In this document: positions 37,930 to 45,535 of the stretch, piece by piece
Position numbering within the stretch: position 1 is the first letter of the stretch
Layout of the letters: each line of letters opens with the position of its first letter
Source of the DNA: an uncultured Gemmatimonadales bacterium
GTDB lineage: Bacteria > Gemmatimonadota > Glassbacteria > GWA2-58-10
Reading direction: 5' to 3'
Assembly: GCA_964548275.1 (NCBI GenBank)
Contig: CAZJQI010000009.1
Location: forward strand, 8,656-72,655
DNA length: 64,000 bases
Notes under the pieces: model-generated
What the model saw: only the letters and a program-made list of their open reading frames with translations
Told to the model about the DNA's origin: nothing
Databases searched by the model: none
Made by a program: the position numbers and the translations under genes

Positions 37930-39200
37930 TGAGTAAAGTCAAGGGCAATTGTCTGGTGGCCCAGTCGGGTGGGCCAACTGCTGTGATCAACGCCTCGGCC
38001 TGCGGGGTGATCCAACAGGCGCTGAAAAGCGAATTGATCGAGGGTGTGTACGGCGCTTATAACGGAATCTTGGGAGTGTTAAAAGAGGAAATTTTCGATA
38101 TCGGTGCCGAGGACCCGCAAACAATCGAGATGCTTAAAACAACACCGAGCGCAGCCCTGGGGAGCTGCCGCCAAAAGCTGAAAAAACTCGAGGACAACAG
38201 GGCAGACTACGAACGCGTGCTCGAGATATTCAAGGCCCACAATATCCGCTACTTTTTCTACGCCGGTGGCAACGACTCGATGGACACAGCCTCCAAGATC
38301 AGGGATCTGAGCGCCCAGTTGGGCTATGAAATGGTCGTGATGGGCGTGCCGAAAACAGTTGACAACGACCTGGCTTTCACAGACCACTGCCCCGGCTACG
38401 GCAGCGTGGCAAAGTTTATTGCCACAAGCGCCATGGAGGCCGGCCGCGACACAGAAAGCCTCTACACGTTCGATACCTGTGCAGTGCTCGAGACCATGGG
38501 CCGCAACGCAGGCTGGATCGCCGCTGCAGCCGCGCTTGCACGCCGTTACGAAGAGGACTCTCCACACCTGGTGTATGTGCCAGAGGTCAGTTTTTCGAAA
38601 GAGAAATTTGTCGAGGATGTAAAAAAGGTGCACGCAGACTACGGACGGTGTTTTATCGCGGCCAGCGAGGGAATGCGCTGGGACAACGGCCGCTACGTGG
38701 CCCAGGATACGAGCGTGCTGGCCAGGGATAGTTTCGGGCACACTCAGTTGGGCGGAGTAGCCCAGGTGCTGAAAAAAATAATCGAGGATGAGCTCGGCCT
38801 GAAGACCCGCTGGATGATGCTGGGGCTGACCCAGCGCAACGCGATGCATATCGCCTCCCGCACCGATCGTGACGAGGCCTGGCTCTGCGGCGCGGAAGCT
38901 GTGCGCCAGGCCGTTTCTGGAACTTCCGGCTATATGATCTCTCTCGAACGGGTATCGAACTCCCCATACCAGGTGAAAACCGGCCTTGCAAAGCTCGAGG
39001 ATGTTGCCAATGGCGAAAAAAAGCTTCCCAGGGACTGGATGAACGAAGAAGGCAATTTCCCCACTGCTGAGTTCCTGGACTATGCCAGGCCGCTTATCGA
39101 GGGAGAGGTTGAGGTGCCCATGGCCGGCGGCCTGCCGCTGTTCATGCGGTTCGAGAGAAGATGGCTGCCCAGGAAGTGCAAGGAGTATCAGCCAGGGTAA
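37929..39200 (+). CDS. phosphofructokinase-family sugar-phosphate kinase (PPi-PFK-like traits)
   Basis: 'SGGPTAVINAS', 'YAGGNDSMDTA', 'PKTVDNDL' and 'ETMGRNAGW' are PFK-family motifs. The ATG at 37929 overlaps the DeoR stop (TGATG). The ORF track starts at GTG 37926. Confidence 0.82.
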   Translation: MSKVKGNCLVAQSGGPTAVINASACGVIQQALKSELIEGVYGAYNGILGVLKEEIFDIGAEDPQTIEMLKTTPSAALGSCRQKLKKLEDNRADYERVLEIFKAHNIRYFFYAGGNDSMDTASKIRDLSAQLGYEMVVMGVPKTVDNDLAFTDHCPGYGSVAKFIATSAMEAGRDTESLYTFDTCAVLETMGRNAGWIAAAAALARRYEEDSPHLVYVPEVSFSKEKFVEDVKKVHADYGRCFIAASEGMRWDNGRYVAQDTSVLARDSFGHTQLGGVAQVLKKIIEDELGLKTRWMMLGLTQRNAMHIASRTDRDEAWLCGAEAVRQAVSGTSGYMISLERVSNSPYQVKTGLAKLEDVANGEKKLPRDWMNEEGNFPTAEFLDYARPLIEGEVEVPMAGGLPLFMRFERRWLPRKCKEYQPG

Positions 39201-39270
39201 AGCCGACTGTGAAAGAGAAGATCAGCAAAACCTGAAATAGAAATTCAAACGGAAAGTCCTGGAGAGAAAG

Positions 39271-40821
39271 GTGTGGAATAAAATGAACGGAAAACTGGGC
39301 AAGGTCAGCCAGAGTGAGCTTGCGGTAAAAGCAGGAGCAGCAGTGGGTGAGGGCGCAGAGACCCTGGCGAAAGTGGAAGGAGTCTATCCCTTGTCTGTCA
39401 AGTATGCAGACGGCGCATTCTTTTGCCTGGCCAGGACCGAGGAGGGCAAGCGCCTGGTTGTGCTGGGTGAGAGTAAGGCTGCTGATAGCTTTACAGGCGA
39501 GATTATCTCCAGTGTAAGAATCTGTCCGCTGAATGCTGAGAACGCAGCCGCGCTTCGCCACTATTTCCCCTGGACCGCCCCGGTGCCGATCGGCAGGCGC
39601 GCCTCATTTGGTACGGGAGACCGGCTCGGTGTGGCTACCCCGGGCCACCTGCGGGCTTTCGGCTTCTGCGAGATCTTCCCGGTGCTCGCCCAGCAGTCCA
39701 TGCGCGAACTGGGCAGAACAGGGCGAACAGCCCAGGACGTGATCGACGGCGCGGGCTGGGGTGCGTTCGAGGCCGGCTATGTCGGTACATTCGCTGCTGA
39801 TGCAGACCATATCAAGAAGATCAACGAAGCCCTCGATTGCCTCAGGCTGGGCTTTACAATGTTCACTATCGACGCCTCAGACCAGATAAACCTCGAGGCG
39901 GTTCACCTGTCCGATGAACAGGCCCTCGCCGGATTCAAACAGATACCAGCATACCAGGAAATCAGAGACCGATACGCGGGGAAAAGCTGGAATTTCTCAC
40001 GCGGTGATAGCAAGGTGAATATAACATTCTCGGATGCAGAACTGGCCCGCTGTGCGCTGGTTTACCACGAGGCTGTGGAGCACATGGCCGCCCTGTACCA
40101 CGAACTTAAAAAAGCTTCTGGAGGCGAAGGCAATTTCGACTTCGAGGTCAGCGTGGATGAGACCGAGACCGATACAACCGAGCACGATCACGTGTTTGTG
40201 GCAAACGAGCTGGCTGCCAGCGGTGTCAGGTGGCAGAGCCTTGCGCCGAAATTCACAGGCCAGTTCCAGAAAGGTATCGACTATATTGGAGACAGAGGAA
40301 AGTTCGAACAGCAGTTTGCCGCCCATGCCCTGATCGCCGAGAATCTCGGGCCTTACAAGATCAGCGTGCATTCGGGAAGCGACAAGTTCTCGATTTTTCC
40401 CCTGGTAGGACACCATACCGGCGGTTATTTTCATCTCAAGACCGCCGGAACGAGCTGGCTGGAGGCAGTTCGCGTAATTGCCGTGAAAAATCCCGCTCTC
40501 TACCGCAGGATGCACACCTTTGCTCTGGAGCATTTCGAGCAGGACCGGGCGAGCTACCATGTAACTACAAACCTGGCGGCGATCCCGCCCGTGGACTCGC
40601 TCGCAGACAGCGAGCTGCCCGCTCTGATGGAGGAGGTCCACTCCCGCCAGTTACTTCATATCACTTACGGTTCCCTTCTGTCGAGCAGGGATAGCGCCGG
40701 CGCGTTTCTTTTCCGGGATGAGATATACACAGCGCTTTATGATTACGAGGAAACCTATTACCAGATGCTGGAGCGCCATATAGGTCGGCATCTCGAATCC
40801 CTGGGGGTGAAGAGCGTGTAG
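39271..40821 (+). CDS. UxaE-family (tagaturonate/fructuronate epimerase-like) protein
   Basis: 'FGTGDRLGVATPGHLRAF...FPVLAQQSMRELGRTGRTAQDVIDGAGWGAFEAGY...FAADADHIKK...GFTMFTIDASD' matches my recollection of the UxaE family core. The start is GTG 39271 or ATG 39283. Confidence 0.62.
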   Translation: MWNKMNGKLGKVSQSELAVKAGAAVGEGAETLAKVEGVYPLSVKYADGAFFCLARTEEGKRLVVLGESKAADSFTGEIISSVRICPLNAENAAALRHYFPWTAPVPIGRRASFGTGDRLGVATPGHLRAFGFCEIFPVLAQQSMRELGRTGRTAQDVIDGAGWGAFEAGYVGTFAADADHIKKINEALDCLRLGFTMFTIDASDQINLEAVHLSDEQALAGFKQIPAYQEIRDRYAGKSWNFSRGDSKVNITFSDAELARCALVYHEAVEHMAALYHELKKASGGEGNFDFEVSVDETETDTTEHDHVFVANELAASGVRWQSLAPKFTGQFQKGIDYIGDRGKFEQQFAAHALIAENLGPYKISVHSGSDKFSIFPLVGHHTGGYFHLKTAGTSWLEAVRVIAVKNPALYRRMHTFALEHFEQDRASYHVTTNLAAIPPVDSLADSELPALMEEVHSRQLLHITYGSLLSSRDSAGAFLFRDEIYTALYDYEETYYQMLERHIGRHLESLGVKSV

Positions 40822-41109
40822 CCGATCAGTTCCGGCTTTGTAGCAATAAGAATTTTGAATAGTGTCCTGTAAAAATTGTTTATGAATTAAGAGTTGTTAT
40901 TAATTCAGGCAGTTGCATAGAGCTAATGCAAAATGGATTGATTGAAGGAGTATCTTTATTTTCCTTGAGGTGCTCGGTTTTTTCGGCGGCCGCAGGCCGC
41001 CTCATCAGGGCCGCATGTTCGAGAAACTCCGTAGGAGCGTGTTTTTACTGGTAAAACAAAATTAGGATATAGAAGCTGTATTGGAAGTCGAGTTTGCGGC
41101 CCGAAAAAA

Positions 41110-41139
41110 CTTTTGGTTACTTTTGGTTACAAAAGTAAC
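41110..41139 (+). repeat. hairpin/inverted repeat with direct 10-nt repeat (copy A of a motif shared with 53990-54017)
   Basis: 'cTTTTGGTTAC TTTTGGTTAC AAAAGTAAC': perfect 10-bp arms GTTACTTTTG/CAAAAGTAAC around GTTA (41116-41139). It is preceded by a second TTTTGGTTAC copy and lies about 115 bp upstream of the SDR gene. Confidence 0.6.
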
Positions 41140-41251
41140 ATGAAAAAATAATCTTTTTCTTTCTGCCTGTTAGTTAACCGAACAGTACTGAATAAATTTG
41201 AATTCAACATAAATAGGCGCGGGGGTATTCTCCGCATGAACAGGAGAAATT

Positions 41252-42085
41252 ATGGCAAAGGACTATGTTGCACAAATGTTCGATGTTTCAGGCAAGGTTG
41301 TCGCTGTCACCGGAGGGGGAGGGATTCTCTGTAGCGTGATGGCTGAGGCTCTGGCAACCGCCGGAGCCGCTGTGGCCGTACTCGACCTTCGCCAAGACGC
41401 TGCCGCAGAGGTGGCGAAAAAGATCGACTCCCAGGGCGGCAGGGCCGTGGCAGTGTGCGTGGACGTGCTCGACCGGCAAAGCATCGAGGATGCCTGCAAG
41501 CAGGTGGTCGACGCCCTGGGGCCGGTTGACGTTCTGGTCAATGGCGCGGGCGGCAATAAAAAAGAGGCGACTACAAGCCCTGAACTTTCATTCTTCGATC
41601 TCCCGGAATCAGCTATCCGATGGGTTTTCGACCTCAACTGCCTGGGAACGATCATGCCGAGCCAGATTTTCTGCCGGGCAATGGCTGAGCGCGGAGCAGG
41701 CAATGTGGTCAATATCAGCTCGATGAGCGCTTTCCACCCCCTGACCAAGGTGCTTGGCTACTCCGGCGCCAAGGCTGCGGTCAGCAGTTTCACCGAGTGG
41801 CTCGCTGTGCACATGGCTCAGGAATATTCGCCGAAAATCCGGGTCAACGCCGTCGCTCCCGGATTTTTCCTCACAGAGCAGAACCGTTTCCTTCTGGTGG
41901 ACGAAAAAACCGGTCAGCCCACCGCACGGGGTAAGGCGATCATTGATAGCACCCCGATGGCACGCTACGGTGAGCCGGAAGAACTTCTGGGCGCCCTTTT
42001 CTGGCTGATCAGCGATGCCTCCAGTTTTATCACCGGAACAGTGGTAGCAGTGGATGGCGGGTTTAACGCTTTCAGTGGAGTTTAA
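41252..42085 (+). CDS. SDR-family oxidoreductase, D-mannonate oxidoreductase (fructuronate reductase)-like subgroup
   Basis: The cofactor motif 'VTGGGGILCSVMAEALATAGAAVAVLDL' (TGGGGxL type) and 'NISSMSA...YSGAKAAV' (catalytic YxxxK) support the call. RBS AGGAG. Confidence 0.75.
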   Translation: MAKDYVAQMFDVSGKVVAVTGGGGILCSVMAEALATAGAAVAVLDLRQDAAAEVAKKIDSQGGRAVAVCVDVLDRQSIEDACKQVVDALGPVDVLVNGAGGNKKEATTSPELSFFDLPESAIRWVFDLNCLGTIMPSQIFCRAMAERGAGNVVNISSMSAFHPLTKVLGYSGAKAAVSSFTEWLAVHMAQEYSPKIRVNAVAPGFFLTEQNRFLLVDEKTGQPTARGKAIIDSTPMARYGEPEELLGALFWLISDASSFITGTVVAVDGGFNAFSGV

Positions 42086-42152
42086 ATCGATAGCGGATAT
42101 AAAAATTTAAGGATAAGCTGTAATCCGGAATTTTTTTATAAAAGGGGAATTC

Positions 42153-43037
42153 ATGTCGAGCCAGGACGCATTGAAAAACATGCAGCCTGAAAGAGAATTC
42201 TTTGTCGGGATCGATTCGGACGGGTGCGCTTTCCCCACCATGGAACTCAAGCACAAGGAATGTTTCATCCCGAACATTGTAAAATATTTCAGCCTTCAGT
42301 CGATCAGCAAGTATGCGCGCGAGGCGGCCGAGTTTGTCAACCTTTACTCCAGGTGGCGCGGGATCAACCGTTTCCCCGCGCTCTTGATGGTAATGGACCT
42401 GCTTGCCGAGCGCTCCGAAGTGCAGCGCTCAGGAGTGCAGTTGCCAAACTTGGGCGACCTGCAGAAATGGGTCGACACCGGGGTAGCGCTTGGCAATCCT
42501 ACCCTGAGAGAGGAAGTTAGTAAAAGCGGGAACACCACTTTAAAAAAGGCTCTCGAGTGGAGCGAGTCGGTCAACAAGAGCGTGGACTGGATGGTCGAGG
42601 GCTGCAAGCCGTTCGCTTTCGTGCGCGAAAGCCTGGAAAGAATGGCTCCCAAAGCCGACATGGTGGTTGTCTCGGCAACACCTGGGGCTGCGCTCGAAAA
42701 AGAATGGAAAGAGCACGATATCGCCCGTTACGCGCGGGCAATCGCCGGACAGGAGAAGGGCAGCAAGAAAGAGCATCTCGCCCTGGCCGCAAGCGGAAAA
42801 TATCCACCTGAGAAAATCCTGATGATCGGCGATGCTCCCGGGGACATGAAAGCAGCCAGAGCCAATAACGCCCTCTTTTTTCCGGTCAATCCAGGTCAGG
42901 AGGAAAAAAGCTGGGAGCTGCTTTACAAGGAGGCTTTCGACTGTTTCGTTCAAGGCAGTTACGAAGGAGCCTATGAGGCTGAGCTGATCAATAAATTCGA
43001 AGCCCTGCTCCCGGACACACCACCCTGGAAAAAGTAA
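42153..43037 (+). CDS. HAD-superfamily hydrolase (probable sugar-phosphate phosphatase)
   Basis: Motif I 'GIDSDGC' (DxDxx), 'VVVSATP' and motif IV 'MIGDAPGDMKAA'. It has a large cap insertion. Confidence 0.68.
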   Translation: MSSQDALKNMQPEREFFVGIDSDGCAFPTMELKHKECFIPNIVKYFSLQSISKYAREAAEFVNLYSRWRGINRFPALLMVMDLLAERSEVQRSGVQLPNLGDLQKWVDTGVALGNPTLREEVSKSGNTTLKKALEWSESVNKSVDWMVEGCKPFAFVRESLERMAPKADMVVVSATPGAALEKEWKEHDIARYARAIAGQEKGSKKEHLALAASGKYPPEKILMIGDAPGDMKAARANNALFFPVNPGQEEKSWELLYKEAFDCFVQGSYEGAYEAELINKFEALLPDTPPWKK

Positions 43038-43112
43038 AAGACAGCAAAATCCTGTAGGGCACGGCGTGCCGTTCCCAATAATGACAGATCATTTTGAATA
43101 AAAGACCGTTCA

Positions 43113-44396
43113 ATGGAAAAAAATAACCAGATCATCGGCAAAGGATACGCCGATGGGCGCAGCTTGAGCGAGCAAGAAGTCAGAGACCTCTGCGCAAAAG
43201 GATTCGACAGGCTCGATCCGAATGGAAAACGCCTGCTGGTGATCATCCCGGACAGCACACGCACCGTGCCGCTTGACATGATGTTCCGGATATTCTACGA
43301 GCTGCTCAACGGCAAAGTGGCTGCGCTGCACTACCTGATCGCTCTGGGGACGCACCAGCTCATGCCGCCTGATAAGATCGCTGCACGGGTGGGCTTGACC
43401 CCTGATAGCCTGGCGCGCGACTACCCGGAGGTGCGCATTTTCAACCACCGCTGGGACCTGCCGGAAACTTTCCGCGTGATCGGGGAAATCGCCGCTGAGG
43501 AGATAGAGCAAATCAGCGGCGGGCTTTTCCGCGAAGGGCTGACCGTGACTATCAACAAGATGATTTTCGACTACGACCACCTGGTCATCCTCGGGCCCAC
43601 GTTTCCCCATGAGGTGGTCGGTTTCTCGGGCGGCAACAAGTATTTCTTCCCGGGCATTTCAGGCAACGAACTGATTCACTTCTTCCACTGGCTGGGCGCG
43701 GTGATCACCAACCCGCTGGTCAACGGCAACAAGTGGACCCCCCCGAGAAAAGTGGTTGAAAAGGCGGCCTTTTTTATCCCGCTGCCGGTGACCAATTTCG
43801 ACATGGTGGAAAAGGGGGGCGAACTGGCAGGCCTGTTTATCGGGCCAACGCGCGAGGCGTGGAGCGAGGCAGCGGACCTTTCAGCGCAGATCCATATCCG
43901 TTACGTTGAGAGCAAATACAGCTCGATCCTCGGGGTCGCCCCGCGGATGTACGACGATATCTGGGTGGCTGGCAAGGTGATGTACAAGCTCGAGCCGGTA
44001 ATTGAAGACAGCGGCGAGTTGATCATCTACGCCCCTCATATCAGTGAGGTGAGCTATACCCACGGCAAAATCATCGACCAGGTCGGCTACCACACGCGGG
44101 ATTACTTCCTGGCACAGATGGAGCGTTTCAAGAGTGTGCCGCGGGGTATCCTGGCTCACAGCACACATGTCAAAGGCGGGGGAACCTACGAAAATGGCGT
44201 GGAAAAACCCAGGGTCAACGTGGTGCTTGCAACAGGAATACCCGAGGAACGCTGCAGGAGAATCAACCTGGGCTACCGCGACCCGTCAACCATAAATCTC
44301 GATCTATGGAAGAACCGCGAGCACGAGGGCTGCCTTTTCGTGCCCAGGGCAGGGGAGACTCTCTACCGCGTGAAAGGCGAAAGCTACGAAACCTGA
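43113..44396 (+). CDS. LarA-family (nickel-pincer-nucleotide-dependent 2-hydroxyacid racemase/epimerase-like) protein
   Basis: 'IIPDSTRTVP', 'ALGTHQ', 'PHEVVGFSGGNKYFFPGISG' and 'IHFFHW' align with the LarA DxTR, catalytic His, cofactor-tethering Lys (GFSGGxK) and Ni-His motifs. Confidence 0.78.
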   Translation: MEKNNQIIGKGYADGRSLSEQEVRDLCAKGFDRLDPNGKRLLVIIPDSTRTVPLDMMFRIFYELLNGKVAALHYLIALGTHQLMPPDKIAARVGLTPDSLARDYPEVRIFNHRWDLPETFRVIGEIAAEEIEQISGGLFREGLTVTINKMIFDYDHLVILGPTFPHEVVGFSGGNKYFFPGISGNELIHFFHWLGAVITNPLVNGNKWTPPRKVVEKAAFFIPLPVTNFDMVEKGGELAGLFIGPTREAWSEAADLSAQIHIRYVESKYSSILGVAPRMYDDIWVAGKVMYKLEPVIEDSGELIIYAPHISEVSYTHGKIIDQVGYHTRDYFLAQMERFKSVPRGILAHSTHVKGGGTYENGVEKPRVNVVLATGIPEERCRRINLGYRDPSTINLDLWKNREHEGCLFVPRAGETLYRVKGESYET

Positions 44397-44486
44397 ATAG
44401 AGGACTCGAACTTTATGTAATATCCCTGGACCCGGAACTGGCCTGAAACCGGCTCTTTTTCTTTCAACTTTTAAGGAGTTATAACC

Positions 44487-45473
44487 ATGCGGCGTATCCT
44501 GGCCTTCTTTCTGGTGTTCTTGTTGATCGTACCCTTTACGGCATACCCGAAATGGTACAAGGGCAACACCCATACTCACACGATCAACTCGGACGGCGAC
44601 TCCTCACCCGATGAGGTGGCCCGCTGGTACAAGGAGCACCGCTACCATTTCGTGGTGATCACGGATCATAATTTTCTCACACCGGTGGACGGCCTTAACA
44701 TGATTTTGGCCGCAGAGGAAAAGTTTCTCGTTCTCTCCGGCGAGGAGGTGACTGATGAGTTTGAAAGCCCCGAGGACCAGTTTTTCGCCCTTCACCTCAA
44801 CGCGATAAACTTGAGCAAAACCCTTCCGCCAACCGGTGGCAGCAGCGTGCATGAGGTACTTCAAACAAACCTGGATTCGATCAATGCTGCAGGAGCCCTG
44901 GCACAGATAAACCACCCCAACTTCCACTGGTCGATAAATGTTGAGGAAATGTACAATCTGAGGAACTGCCTTCTTTTCGAAGTGTGGAACACCTCGACTG
45001 ACTGCAATAACACCGGAGGCGGCGGCTACCCCGGCACAGAGGCTCTCTGGGATTCGGTTCTTACCAGGGGCAAGCCGGTTTATGCAGTGGCAAGCGATGA
45101 CGCCCACGAGTTCAAGCTCTGGGGCCCACAGTACTCTAACCCCGGAGGCGGGTTCGTCCGGGTGCGGGCCGACAGCCTCGAGGCCGGTGCCTTAGTCGCC
45201 GCCCTGGAGCGTGGAGATTTCTACTCATCCACGGGTGTCACCCTGAATGACATCACGGTAACAGAGGAAGCATATACTGTTGAGTTTGACGAACAAGGAC
45301 GGACCAGGCACACGGTGTATTTTATCGGCAGCGGCGGCAAGATGCTGGCCACTGCCTATCAAAGCCCTGCGGTCTACAGGTTTACCGGAAAAGAAGGCTA
45401 TGTGCGGGCAAAGATCGTGGACTCGAACGGTAGGCTAGCCTGGACTCAGCCGGTGTTTACAAATAGCGATTAA
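44487..45473 (+). CDS. secreted PHP-domain / CehA-McbA-like metallohydrolase
   Basis: Signal peptide 'MRRILAFFLVFLLIVPFTAYP', then 'GNTHTHTINSDGDSSPDEV...VVITDHN'. This is a PHP-type His/Asp metal motif. Confidence 0.62.
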   Translation: MRRILAFFLVFLLIVPFTAYPKWYKGNTHTHTINSDGDSSPDEVARWYKEHRYHFVVITDHNFLTPVDGLNMILAAEEKFLVLSGEEVTDEFESPEDQFFALHLNAINLSKTLPPTGGSSVHEVLQTNLDSINAAGALAQINHPNFHWSINVEEMYNLRNCLLFEVWNTSTDCNNTGGGGYPGTEALWDSVLTRGKPVYAVASDDAHEFKLWGPQYSNPGGGFVRVRADSLEAGALVAALERGDFYSSTGVTLNDITVTEEAYTVEFDEQGRTRHTVYFIGSGGKMLATAYQSPAVYRFTGKEGYVRAKIVDSNGRLAWTQPVFTNSD

Positions 45474-45481
45474 ACAGGGAT

Positions 45482-45518
45482 AAAAAAAGGGGAATCCAAC
45501 CGATTCCCCTTTAAATTT
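45482..45518. terminator. bidirectional rho-independent terminator between the PHP gene and gyrA
   Basis: A-run, perfect 9-bp stem AGGGGAATC (45488-45496) / GATTCCCCT (45502-45510), loop CAACC, then TTAAATTT. Confidence 0.65.
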
Positions 45519-45535
45519 ACAATGAAGGTGTTTGA

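Noticed and set aside
41110-41139. An interpretation of the repeated hairpins as CRISPR repeats, integron attC sites or IS/MITE termini.
   Set aside because: The window has only two or three copies, kilobases apart. There are no spacer periodicity, cas, integrase or transposase genes. The arms do not fit the RYYYAAC/GTTRRRY attC cores, and I see no target-site duplications.
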